Below the pieces are notes generated by a model. That model did not search any database. It was not told the DNA's origin and saw only the letters and a program-made list of their open reading frames with translations. 20,000 nt of DNA, from contig QPGO01000263.1 of NCBI GenBank assembly GCA_008632985.1, forward strand, positions 61,916 to 81,915. Direction: 5' to 3'. Numbering within the stretch: the first letter of the stretch is position 1; each line of letters starts with the position of its first letter. Made by a program: the position numbers and the translations under genes. Origin of the DNA: Psammoneis japonica. Taxonomy: Eukaryota. Of this stretch, positions 9,086-19,113 are shown piece after piece.

Positions 9086-10202
9086 GAAGTTGCTGTGCTC
9101 ACGAACAATCCCACTTTAGCTTCTGAAGGCAATGTCAAGGCAAATGGCGGGGATGCCTTCGGCACTCCTCTTGTTGCCCGTAGCCACAGCACAAACAATG
9201 ACACACCAAGCACCGGAGCATCGCCCACAGGAGTGCGAATGTCTTCTACGCCCATGCATGCTGCCGGAGTGGAATGCAGAAAGCTCACGTGGTTCTTCCA
9301 ACCGCCACCCATGAATGTAAACTAAAAAAAACATTGCAGTCTAGATTGCGTTTGAAGAAGTCTAGTCCTAATGCATGTCATGACGAAGTCCATTGCCGAT
9401 CCAATGCCACCGTCAACGACTGCCAGATTGTCATCGCGATTCCCTCCGTCCCTCGGGATGCGCAGCGCCACAATGGAGGTGTGGCAGCAGGCTCTTGGCA
9501 AACCTGTCTCGTCGTCCAACAAGATTTTAAAGACAATGCCGCACCAATGAACAAGGTAGCTAAGGAACTCAGCACACTGTCCCATTTCCAAAGACAGCAT
9601 GGCCGGAACAACGGATGAAGGCAAAGACTCCGTAAAGGATGATGTCGCTCAGGGTCACAGTCCATGATCCGTAACCAGAAGCCAGGTGATTCCTAAAAAT
9701 AAGAACGACATACGGAATTTCAACCATTCAGTCACTTGATCCAATTTTCGACATGTATGATGTAGCACTAGACTGGCGGTCTCTGGACGTACAGGTAAGC
9801 GAGCTTGCATCTCACCAAACGATAGAGGTAACCGCACGTCCCGTTCGCGAGAACAAGAATGCGGCTTAAGATACGGTCCTCGAAACAGTAGAGACCGGGG
9901 ATCCATCGACTCACAAGAGTGAGTTTTTGGAGACAGAGTTGATTGCAGAAAGTCCGCAGTACAACATTATTGTTCCCACACCGTCCTTTGAACGACTACA
10001 AGATGGCAGAAATAGACATTGATCCTAATGCGACCATCACGAATGAACAGCGTTGCTAAGAATTCTCTGATTTTTGTCGATCGATCGTGTTGGTGATGAA
10101 TAATTGACAGGAATGATGCGGCTCCAAAACATCAACGAGATGCCCATTGTCACTTCAGCAGATGCCATTACATGTTGCTAATGATCGCTAAGCATCTATT
10201 GG

Positions 10203-12389
10203 TCATAGAGGCTGTCCATCCTGATTGATTAAAAAACGATCGGGACGATAAGGCTTCAAAATGTCCCACGAAATGCCTTTTGTCACTTCAACAGATGCCA
10301 ATGCACAGAGAAGAGGAGCCAAAGTCACTCCAGAGTGAGTCACAATTCCGTAGAGCCCCCGTTTAATCCAACCAACAGACGGAAGCCCATCCTTTGGGAT
10401 GGGCCTGTTAGCCTCTTGCAGCCATGAATGTGACAGATCGTGCATGATACGAGGAGTCAACGCCGAGGCGCCTTGTAACAATGAATCTTCCACCGCGACT
10501 TCGGCGCTTCGCTTTGTAGTGGGCGACCCTCCAGTTTCAAGAACTCCACCCCCTACTGCTATGATCCCATCTCGTCTTTGTAGCACGTGTGCTTTCCTCA
10601 CAGTGTCCACTAGTATTCGATTAAGTCGTGGGCTCTGAGATTTTGAAGAGGATTTCGTCCTGCAAAATACGCTTTGACCCGGTCGATGTAAAAGAGGCAG
10701 CCCACCAAAGGCAGGGTTGGAAGAACCAGCACCAGCTGCGACAACGACTACATCGCAGGAATTTTCGCTGGTTGCGTTTGAGGTGATGGAACGTGTCACA
10801 ACACCGGACACACACCGTCTTTTATTGTCTCGTATCAAATCAACTACTTGTTCGTTTGCAATAAACGTTACTCCCAAGTCTGTCGCTGCTTTGCGCAGCT
10901 CCTTGACAGCAACAGATGGATTGACGCTGCCCTCTTGTGGATAAAAGTAAACTTGCCTTGAAGATGAAAACTCCACCTGTGGTTCAAGCTCTTTGATGCG
11001 AGCTGCTGAAAGCGGTCCCTCCACATGGTACCCACCGTTATGATTGGGTTTTGTGTCAAACGCGACCAAGGAGCCACTCCATACTGGTAGTGGAGTCAAT
11101 GTTCCGTCATATTTCCACGACCGCAGCCCTAGCTGATTAAGTAACTCGTATGATTGAGGAATCTTGCCATTCGCATTGATCCACGCCCATGATGCTGCGG
11201 TGGTGGCTCCGACATTTTCTTTTGGAGGCAGACGGTCATACACTGTCACATTAACTCCCTGTCGCGCAAGATTCAGAGCCATGCAACTGCCAATTATACC
11301 AGATCCAATGACTACGACATGCTGGCAAGGAATAACAGGTTGTTTGTCCTTTACACCCCAAACAGTGAGACCCACGTCGTTCAGTTCTAGCATGGTTCTT
11401 TCAGCCGTGGTTGCAGGACTAGTAGCTTGGGATGGGATAGTTGATACTCCGACTCTTTTTAGCAGTTCCTCATGAAAAGGCTGAGGAAATTTGTTTCCTA
11501 GGCGCAGCCATACACCATTCCGCTCCTGGACTTCACCAAGCGCAAGCTCCTTGCTCGGGATAGCATTGGGCATTGACAAAGAGTACTTTTCCATGTATTT
11601 CAGTGTTTCAGAAAAACTAGAACTCTCTCCCGTTAGCTCCTGCAAGACAGGTGATAACTCTTGCACCAATTTTTCTAGTTCCTTTCGATACACTTTGTGT
11701 ACGTGCGAAACCGAAGTTGGTGGACTAGAGCGATGACAGAATAGCCACATACAGGCCGCCCACAAGAGCTTGCGTGCTGCAGCTACTCGAACTTGACCCC
11801 AATCATTTGATATTTTTGTCGCAACTCCATGTTCTTCCAAGATTTGTTGAATTATGGACGAGTGCTTCCCATAGATAAGTGTCGGAGGCGACAAAGGTGT
11901 CGTAACAGGATCCCCGCCTACCTCTAACACTCCATAATGTGGAATCACGAACGTGCAATTTTCAAAAGAGTCAAGTGGCAAGCCGTTTCCCACAAAAGCC
12001 AAGTCGGTTTGTCTTTTTGGTATCGTGTCATGTAGCACACTCGACCACGCATGAGACGGAGTTGTCACAAGAATGGGTGTGCCGTTCGGAGACAAACAGC
12101 CCGGAGCCACTCCTCTTGGAACTGCCACTAGTATCGAATTGTTTTGGTTGATGCTACCATTTTTCAGGAAAAAAGAACCCATGCGCCCACTCGCACCGAC
12201 GATTTCTCCAGAAACTTTGCATTCAAAGTCATTATGATCGTCAAGCTTGGAAGAAGTTGACGAGAGGCCACGGTTCGACCGACGACATGAACGGGGAGAT
12301 GCAATAGCTTGTAAACTGTCGGCAATTACCAACACGAAAGTCCACAACAATACATTGGCCAGTTGCTGTCGATGTACTATTCTTTGCAT
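10203..12389 (-). CDS. Fusion protein: signal/transit peptide + At1g16080-like Rossmann (ketopantoate-reductase-like fold) domain + DAO-family FAD-dependent oxidoreductase
   Basis: 728-aa intact ORF with a hydrophobic N-terminus (LLWTFVLVIADS/LQ). Domain 1: IVGASGRMG, DLAFVGNG, YGKHS, KLLWAA, ERNGVW. Domain 2: VVIGSGIIG, GATTAASWAWIN, VVVAAG, RPIPKDGLP, HSGVTLAP. Confidence 0.85.
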   Translation of the reverse strand: MQRIVHRQQLANVLLWTFVLVIADSLQAIASPRSCRRSNRGLSSTSSKLDDHNDFECKVSGEIVGASGRMGSFFLKNGSINQNNSILVAVPRGVAPGCLSPNGTPILVTTPSHAWSSVLHDTIPKRQTDLAFVGNGLPLDSFENCTFVIPHYGVLEVGGDPVTTPLSPPTLIYGKHSSIIQQILEEHGVATKISNDWGQVRVAAARKLLWAACMWLFCHRSSPPTSVSHVHKVYRKELEKLVQELSPVLQELTGESSSFSETLKYMEKYSLSMPNAIPSKELALGEVQERNGVWLRLGNKFPQPFHEELLKRVGVSTIPSQATSPATTAERTMLELNDVGLTVWGVKDKQPVIPCQHVVVIGSGIIGSCMALNLARQGVNVTVYDRLPPKENVGATTAASWAWINANGKIPQSYELLNQLGLRSWKYDGTLTPLPVWSGSLVAFDTKPNHNGGYHVEGPLSAARIKELEPQVEFSSSRQVYFYPQEGSVNPSVAVKELRKAATDLGVTFIANEQVVDLIRDNKRRCVSGVVTRSITSNATSENSCDVVVVAAGAGSSNPAFGGLPLLHRPGQSVFCRTKSSSKSQSPRLNRILVDTVRKAHVLQRRDGIIAVGGGVLETGGSPTTKRSAEVAVEDSLLQGASALTPRIMHDLSHSWLQEANRPIPKDGLPSVGWIKRGLYGIVTHSGVTLAPLLCALASVEVTKGISWDILKPYRPDRFLINQDGQPL

Positions 12390-12806
12390 TGTCTTCAGCG
12401 ATTCCTCAAAGGACTTAATTCCTCATCATCTTGGTGGCTGATGCGCGATCTTTTTCTGTTGCTCTCTCGCTCTCGCGCTCGCCGTTTTTGATTTTGCAAA
12501 ACTGCCGCCAACCGGGAGACGGATAGGCGGTAACCTACGTATGAGGTCAGTACTTTTGCTGTATGTAGAATCAATACTACGCCTACATGCAAGATTCATT
12601 ATGATATGTACAGATTTGTATAAACCTATTTCAGCAGGACTCAGTTCGCGTCAAGTTCGCGTGTATCGACTGATTTGAGATTGACGATCGACTGACATTG
12701 GGCTTCACGTACGCTGGAACACCGAACGCATAGTTGATTGCCATATTCTTGTTTTGTTGCTTGCGACAAAGAGAGAAACCAAGAGAACTTATCGAAGAAT
12801 AGAACC

Positions 12807-14632
12807 ATGGCGTCTGCTAAACAGGGTGCATATGCCCAAGTCTCAGAGGAGGCCTCCGAAAAAACGGCGGTACCCATCAGTGCGGCTGAACCGATTGGTG
12901 AAAAAGTTGAACGTTTGGAGGTGACGCAGACGTGGGCCAGAGGAGAAGTCCAAGAAGATGGATACAAGGATGTCTACTTTGCAGTGGCATTCTATATACA
13001 ATTAGTGGCAATGATGGCGACCGCGTTTTTGTTTGCGATCGGAGCCATTGAAACTTCTTCTGACAGCGGTGACGGCGATTGGAACCGGAGGCTATCCGAT
13101 TACGTGTCCGGAAACTACAACGAGAATAGCAACAGCTACAATGACAACAACAACTCTAACGCCGGTGGAGAGGACGATGACATTTCTGACGAAGACTTTG
13201 GCAAGCTGCTAAGTGTTATTGCCCTATCTCTTGTGCTTTCGCCCGTCTTGGCTGTGCTTGCACTCGGCCTCCTCCGTGAGCATGCCCGTTTGCTAATCAA
13301 GGCTTCGTTGTGGTTCAATATCGGATTATCGCTTGTGCTTTGTTTGCTTTCTCTGGTGACTGCTCCACTTGCGGCCTTTCTCTACGGAATTCTCACGCTG
13401 ATTCTGGTGTGTTATGCAAAGGCTGTCTGGCACCGCATCCCATATGCCGCTTCCAACTTGCGATGTGCCGTGACAGCCGTCAAGGCCAACCTGGGAATTG
13501 CCCTCCTTTCCTTTGGTGCAGTCCCCTTCAATATTGGCTGGTTCTTTCTATGGGGCTACACCCTCTACAAGACGATGCAAACCGACTTTATGAAGGATCA
13601 AGTGGAAGAAGAACCGAGCTCATTCAATGCCAACGATGACTTCAACAGCGACAGTTCGACGGAAACGCTGTCTGCCGCGGGGACTTGCGTTATCATGCTC
13701 TTCTTGCTATCATTGTACTGGACGTCTGAAGTCATAAAGGTACGTCCCAATTTTGAGGTTGTTATGTCTAACATTTGATTGGGTAATCTCAATTGTGTTC
13801 TTGTATTTCGTCTCGTCACGACAGAACACCATTCATACAACAATTGCCGGTGTCATTGGCACGTGGTGGTTCCTCCCTGAAGAGGCTTCGTCGTTTTGCT
13901 CGAAACATCTAACCGACTCGCTTGCTAGGTCTACAACATATTCGTTTGGATCCATTTGCTTTGGAAGTTTGATTGTTGCTATTCTAGAGGTTCTCAAGAA
14001 CTCGCTTCGCAATGCCCGGAACAACCGCAACAGCCTGCTGCGATGCATTGTCATTTGCATACTTGCATGGATTGAAAGATTGGTGGAGTACTTTAACAAA
14101 TGGGCCTTTGTTTACGTGGGTTTGTATGGCTACAGCTACTTGGAGGCCGGGAAAAATGTGATTACGTTGTTTCGAGCACGCGGTTGGTCCGCGATTATTA
14201 ACGACAACTTGGTTTACAGAATGCTCGGAATGATGTGCCTGGCAATTGGGCTTATTACGGGTTTGATTGGCTTTTTGTTTGCGCTCACACTGGGTCTTGC
14301 TAGTGACGGGCTAGTCGCTGCTGCGGTAATGTGAGTGGCGTGTTGCTCATTGTTGTTGCATTGGTCTTTTGCGCTTGCTCACCTTAGATCCTTTTCCGTT
14401 TGTTTGTTTTGCAAGTCTGTCCATACTGACTGGACTCATCACGTCGGGGATCATGATGACCGCTGTTGGAAGCTCTGTTGACTCCATCATTGTTCTGTAT
14501 TGTGAGGCTCCGGCCGAGTTTGAAGAAAACCATCCAGATCTGCACCGGGAGATGCAAGCAACATGGAGTGAAGCCTGGTCTAGTGTTATCACAGCGGAAG
14601 CAGAGGTCGTCCCATCGGCTAACGTGGTCTAG
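12807..14632 (+). CDS. Choline transporter-like (CTL/SLC44/PNS1 family) membrane protein, 3 exons: 12807-13739, 13825-14330, 14416-14632
   Basis: Motifs YKDVYFAVAF, RIPYAASNL, YWTSEVIKN, AGVIGTWW, SFGSICFGSLIVA, YFNKWAFVYVGLYGYSY, GWSAIINDNL. Introns 13740-13824 (GTACGT..ACAG) and 14331-14415 (GTGAGT..AAG), 85 nt each, restore the frame. Confidence 0.93.
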
Positions 14633-14949
14633 AGAGCAGGCCCATAGTTTGAGAAAAGTTTGGACGTGTGGGAATACGTACAATTTTTATTGGGTTTGAT
14701 AGTACTTCTAGTTGAAAACGTTGCATAATTAATGATCCTATTTTTTGGCAGTAGCTACGAACAAAAAGCTGAAGAGCTACAGGGGGCCTACTCTGCAAGC
14801 AGTAAGTCGAGGATGGCTGAGCAGTCGTAGAAACCTAAAAATACATCTCAGTCAAGCAGCAGCCGTTATGTTGAGTGCTCCAAAGCAAATTACCATGAAC
14901 TATCGCTGTGCATGAACTACATCAACCTGCTTTCTCCTCTCTCTAGTAG

Positions 14950-17900
14950 TTGGACGGTCGGTCGAATCTGAGCTGCTTGGTTGGTCCCATACGCCGCGCC
15001 TCTCCTCATCTTCCCCCGACTTTTCTGCTTCCACCTATTGCTACTCCGCTCAAGTCTGCGCCGACGAAGATAACTTTCACTCGGCCTACTCCAAGCTCAC
15101 CTCTGCGCTTCCTGTTGCTGCCGTTACTCCTGAGCGCCTTCCTACCATCCTCAAGCTCTACCCTCCTCGCCTGCACCCCTCCGACCTACCTAATCCTCCT
15201 TCAACTCGCTCGGCCTCCTCCCTTCATAATGAGCCTATTGAGCTCTCCTCCGATGCTCTTCTTTCCGCTCTCTCCAAATGTAAGCCTGGGACTGCTGCCG
15301 GTGTCTTTGCTGATTCTACCGACCTTTTCAAGTCCTACGCCCTCTATTCTACCAAAACCCCAACAGGAGTTGCTCAACGCCCCTGCTTGTCATCCTTTCA
15401 TGAGCTTGTCCTTCTTCTGCTCCATGGCTCCATTCCTCCCTCCGTCCATTCCTTATTTGCTTCGAACTACTTTGTCGCTCTGCATAAAGATGCCAGCGAC
15501 CTCAACAAGCTTCGCCCCATTGGCGTCGGTGCTGCTCTTCGTCGCATTGCCGGCTCCGTCGTCATGACTCTCTTTGGTTCTGCATTTACCGAATGCCTCC
15601 TCCCAGATGGCCAATTTGGCATTGGTGTCAAAGGTGGCCTCGATTATCTCATTCACTCTGCTCTTGCCAACATTGAACGATGTCTTTCTTCTGCCGACTC
15701 TACCAAGGCTCTTCTTCTTCTTGACCTCGTCAACATGTTCAACGAAGCATCCCGAGATGCCTGTCGACACGTTCTCACCTCCACCCCTGCCTTCCATCCT
15801 CTGCTTCCTTTTTTTGACCTTCCACGTCAAAGTTCCAATACATGTTGGTGTCGCCGACCCGATTCTTCCTGGGGCTCCTTTCTTCAAGAAGAGGGATTTG
15901 CCCAAGGATGCCCTCTCGGCCCTGTTTTCGCCAGCCCAGTCCTCTCTCTGGTTCTTCGTCCGATTAACCAAGAGCTTCAAGAACATGTCCCTGGCCATTC
16001 CTCTGTCTCAGTTGGCTCCTACATTGATGATGCTCATGCTTTCCTTCCCCATTCCGTGCTCCCATGGTTCCTTGAACGCTTCTCCGCCCTCGGTGCCCCC
16101 TGCGGAATCTCCCTCAACCTCCGTAAAACCAAGATCCTCACCTCCATTGCCGGTGTTAGCCCCATCCCTGCTCTTCCCCCTTCCCGTGCCGATTCTCTCC
16201 GTGCTGCACTTTCCTTCTTAAACCCCACCAATGACCCCTCTCACAACCCCGAACTCACCTCTGGTGTTCGCTTCCTTGGACAGCCCCTCGGCTCCCACGA
16301 CTTCGCCACCTCCTTCCTTTCCGACACTTCCTCTACTCTCTCCGACAAAGTTGACATGCTTCTCACCCGTCTCCATGACAAACAAACCCAGGCTCAACTC
16401 TTCAAGCACTGTTTTGTTCCATCCTCTGCTCACCTCCTTGGAGCTGACTTCTGCTGCAACTTCGACCCTGACAATCCTCCCGACCCCTTTCTCTGGACCT
16501 CTCCGTTTCAAGATTTCCTCCTCACCGTTGCTCACCGCTTTCTACACTGCGTCACTTCCTTCGCCGCTCCTTTTCCCGACCATTCTATTGCCATCACTTT
16601 CCTTCCTGCCTCCTCAGGCGGGTTTGGTCTCCGGGACCCAACAGCTGCCGCCATTCCTTCCTTCTTGGTGTCGCTTCTCCGCTCGTTCCGCTTTGCTTCG
16701 CACGGTGTCAGCCTGCCATCTGGCGCTTCTGTTTCCCTTCCGCGCTGCTTTCGGCTCTCCCTGTCTTCCTGGTCCAACCCTTGCTCTTCCCTGCGACTCT
16801 ACATGCTCTTCCGCCGTCATGCTCCCGTTCTGGCTTCCGCCTCTGCCCTTTCCTCTTCTTCCCTGGCTGCCCTGGTTAAATCGGCCACCCTCCCCGGCCT
16901 GGCCCATCGTCTCTGCCATGAACATCAGCAACAAGCAGTGACCTCCATCCTTGCTAACTCATCTTACGACGTACAATCTTCGCTCCCTTCATTGCTGTCT
17001 CCGCTTACAAGCCTCCCTCTTCATTCCTTCTCTCATCGCTTTCCAAGCTCCCGCCTTTCTTCGGACGCCTGCGCTGTTGCCGCCCTTCGTAAGCTTCGTC
17101 TCCCCATCCTTCCTCCGTCCCTTGTCAACACTCCCTGTCCCTGTGGCCATGCCATTCTGGATGCCTGTGGTGATCATGCCTTTTCTTGCCGCCGTGCTCA
17201 CAAGTCCAAGCTTTCCAATGGTCTCCGTGACACTGTTTTCATCCTAGCCCAAACTTTGGGTCCTCTTGCAGAGTTCTGTCGATCCCCCAATGACGTTCAT
17301 CTTGAACCCACCAACCTGCTCCCCACCCGCCCGCTCCTCCGTCCCGCCGATGTCGGCATTTCAATCCCCCCTCCCGCCTCCCTTTCCGCTCCCTCCCGCC
17401 ACCACTACATTGCAGTGGACGTCACCGTCCCTCAAGCTTCCTCTCGCCCTCCTCCAGGTCTGCCTGCCCCCTCTTCTCCTGTCTTAACTGAGGCACACCA
17501 CTCGAGCGCGAGATTGAAGTTTCTTGGCCCCTCTACTTCCTCTGCCGATGGATCCCTTGTTGTTTCTTCGCTTGACAACAATGGCATCTTCCTGCTCCCC
17601 TTCACTGTAGATCACCTTGGTGGTCTCGGCTGCTTTGCCCACCGCTTGCTCTTTGGTTCTACATCCCCCTCCGTCTGCTCTCAGCCCAAGCCACCCTGGT
17701 CCTCTTCCTCTGACCTTCGTCACTCCGATGCCTCCTACTCCGCCTTCCTCTACGCTTTATCGTCTCCGTCTGCAATTCTTCCCTCTGCTGACTCCGCATG
17801 GCGTCGCCTGTCCGCCGATCGCTTTGGAAGCACCTACCGTACAGCCACCCCATCCCAGTGGGCCACCCAAACTCTTGGCTACAACGTTGTTCTTCACCTT

Positions 17901-18085
17901 TCTACGCACATCCTCCGATTCACCTCCTCTCTCCCTGCCCCCTCCTCACCCATACCTTCCACAAAACGCCCTTCGTCTTGCGTCCTTCGACCCTTTTACT
18001 CTACCGTCCCTACAGCTACCTCCGTGCCTCCCTCTGCTGTTACCTTCCGCTCTACATAGGCTTCCTTAATCTTCTATTTTAAATA
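14950..18085 (+). mobile_element. 5'-truncated CRE-clade (RLE-type) non-LTR retrotransposon
   Basis: Abrupt switch to a strongly C/T-rich sense strand. One reading frame is open from 14916 to 18059 with no ATG at its start. No clear TSD or poly(A) tail was seen, so ends are approximate. Confidence 0.85.
15387..18059 (+). CDS. Reverse transcriptase + CCHC knuckle + restriction-like endonuclease (partial; frame extends upstream to about 14916)
   Basis: RT motifs KLRPIGVG..LRR, QFGIG..GG, LDLVNMFN, QGCPLGP, YIDD, LNLRKT, RFLGQP, LP...GGFG. C-terminal CPCG..D..GDHAFSC, RPAD and VDVTV are typical of CRE/SLACS/MoTeR-like elements. Confidence 0.9.
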   Translation: MSSFHELVLLLLHGSIPPSVHSLFASNYFVALHKDASDLNKLRPIGVGAALRRIAGSVVMTLFGSAFTECLLPDGQFGIGVKGGLDYLIHSALANIERCLSSADSTKALLLLDLVNMFNEASRDACRHVLTSTPAFHPLLPFFDLPRQSSNTCWCRRPDSSWGSFLQEEGFAQGCPLGPVFASPVLSLVLRPINQELQEHVPGHSSVSVGSYIDDAHAFLPHSVLPWFLERFSALGAPCGISLNLRKTKILTSIAGVSPIPALPPSRADSLRAALSFLNPTNDPSHNPELTSGVRFLGQPLGSHDFATSFLSDTSSTLSDKVDMLLTRLHDKQTQAQLFKHCFVPSSAHLLGADFCCNFDPDNPPDPFLWTSPFQDFLLTVAHRFLHCVTSFAAPFPDHSIAITFLPASSGGFGLRDPTAAAIPSFLVSLLRSFRFASHGVSLPSGASVSLPRCFRLSLSSWSNPCSSLRLYMLFRRHAPVLASASALSSSSLAALVKSATLPGLAHRLCHEHQQQAVTSILANSSYDVQSSLPSLLSPLTSLPLHSFSHRFPSSRLSSDACAVAALRKLRLPILPPSLVNTPCPCGHAILDACGDHAFSCRRAHKSKLSNGLRDTVFILAQTLGPLAEFCRSPNDVHLEPTNLLPTRPLLRPADVGISIPPPASLSAPSRHHYIAVDVTVPQASSRPPPGLPAPSSPVLTEAHHSSARLKFLGPSTSSADGSLVVSSLDNNGIFLLPFTVDHLGGLGCFAHRLLFGSTSPSVCSQPKPPWSSSSDLRHSDASYSAFLYALSSPSAILPSADSAWRRLSADRFGSTYRTATPSQWATQTLGYNVVLHLSTHILRFTSSLPAPSSPIPSTKRPSSCVLRPFYSTVPTATSVPPSAVTFRST

Positions 18086-18168
18086 AGAAGCCTAACCATG
18101 GCAATCACAACGCCGAACGCACGCACACTCTTCTCTTCATTGTCCTTCGGTTCCTTGCAGCTTACATC

Positions 18169-19113
18169 ATGAGCTTGCAGGACGTTCCTATTCCTGTCCT
18201 GTTGGAGCAAATTGTTTATCCTGACAGGGAAAAGATGGTGGGAGAACGCTTCAAAGTCGCCCACCTGACCTCAACCAGAGGTCGAGAGTTGAACGGCAAG
18301 TTTTGCGTGGTGACAGGCTTTGATCGCGACACTATAGAGGCTCGCCTTCATTGTCTCATCGACGGTGTCGACAAACAGATCAGCTTGAAGCTGACCAACT
18401 TGATTCCAGAAGAAGTGAATGCCGTCCTCGGACATTTCATGGAACATTCTGCTTCCATTCCAGATGCTACACTAGCCGCCTGTTTGGAGCGTGCCATCGA
18501 AAAGCATGGCGGCCTCACGGATCGCGCTGATTTATCACATCGTATCGGTCTCTATCGAGAGCTTCTAAGCAAGCTGCGCCGAGAATCATCTGAGTCTTCA
18601 TCGAATTGCTTGTCTGACGCAGATTACTGTTTCCCGTGTGGAGCCGGTGTAGAGCTTCTCTTTGACGACGATCCTTTTGGTGTGCTTATGAATGCGATGA
18701 GACCGGCATGCCATGGAAATGAGATGATGGATATGCGCTTTGCGGACATTGGGCTGAAAGGTGATGGCCACACCGAATGCACTATTTGTCGGGAGGTTTT
18801 GGCGCCTCCAAACAACGATGATGATGGCTCCTCTTCGGGTCCGATATTGGTGACGCTTCCATGTCTGCATATTTTCCATGAATCATGTATCGTCGATTGG
18901 CTCGGTAGCCTTGTAGGTCAACAGAACTGGAATTGTCCTTGCTGTCGTGCTGCTGTGCCAGACGACATTTCGACGTACCGAATTCGATACGATGAACAGT
19001 TGCAGCGTCGCATCGATGAATATCCTCTGTCGGGTTTTTGCACGAAGTGCATAATGTGGGTTATGGAGCGCAATCGCAATGACACGCTACCAATTGCACA
19101 AGTGCCAATCTAA
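18169..19113 (+). CDS. RING-H2 finger protein (putative E3 ubiquitin ligase)
   Basis: CTIC...LPCLHIFHESCIVDWL...CPCCR is a C3H2C3 RING; intact 314-aa ORF starting with ATG. Confidence 0.88.
   Translation: MSLQDVPIPVLLEQIVYPDREKMVGERFKVAHLTSTRGRELNGKFCVVTGFDRDTIEARLHCLIDGVDKQISLKLTNLIPEEVNAVLGHFMEHSASIPDATLAACLERAIEKHGGLTDRADLSHRIGLYRELLSKLRRESSESSSNCLSDADYCFPCGAGVELLFDDDPFGVLMNAMRPACHGNEMMDMRFADIGLKGDGHTECTICREVLAPPNNDDDGSSSGPILVTLPCLHIFHESCIVDWLGSLVGQQNWNCPCCRAAVPDDISTYRIRYDEQLQRRIDEYPLSGFCTKCIMWVMERNRNDTLPIAQVPI

Larger units (their letters stand above)
4050..9115. other. Hypermutated block: TpA nearly absent, CpG depleted, TpG/CpA in excess
   Basis: By-eye count is under about 20 TA dinucleotides in about 5 kb, with TA-free runs at about 5851-6808 and 7846-9116. 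Flanking genes have normal TA and CG. Confidence 0.92.

Noticed and set aside
3994..9334. Dozens of overlapping 60-220-aa ORFs on both strands
   Set aside because: Artefact of TA loss, which removes TAA/TAG stops in all frames. The products are Cys/His-rich and nearly Tyr-free, so they are not real genes.
5600..9400. Terminal inverted repeats and TSD for the MULE
   Set aside because: None could be identified by eye in the mutated sequence.
9090..10100. Short ORFs (9274-9618, 9322-9624, 9378-9665, 9655-9906)
   Set aside because: No recognisable domain or consistent exon structure; a degraded gene cannot be excluded.
12738..12806. ORF-track N-terminal extension of the CTL gene and read-through into its introns
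   Set aside because: Non-ATG start; ATG 12807 and two canonical introns give the coherent protein.
15387..18059. RT considered as bacterial retron, group II intron or DGR, or as a DIRS partner of the YR gene
   Set aside because: The C-terminal CCHC plus RPAD/DVTV endonuclease marks a CRE-clade non-LTR element. It has no RNase H and is separated from the YR by 12 kb and host genes.
14950..18082. Long alternative-frame and antisense ORFs over the RT
   Set aside because: By-products of the C/T-skewed, TA-poor composition of the retroelement.
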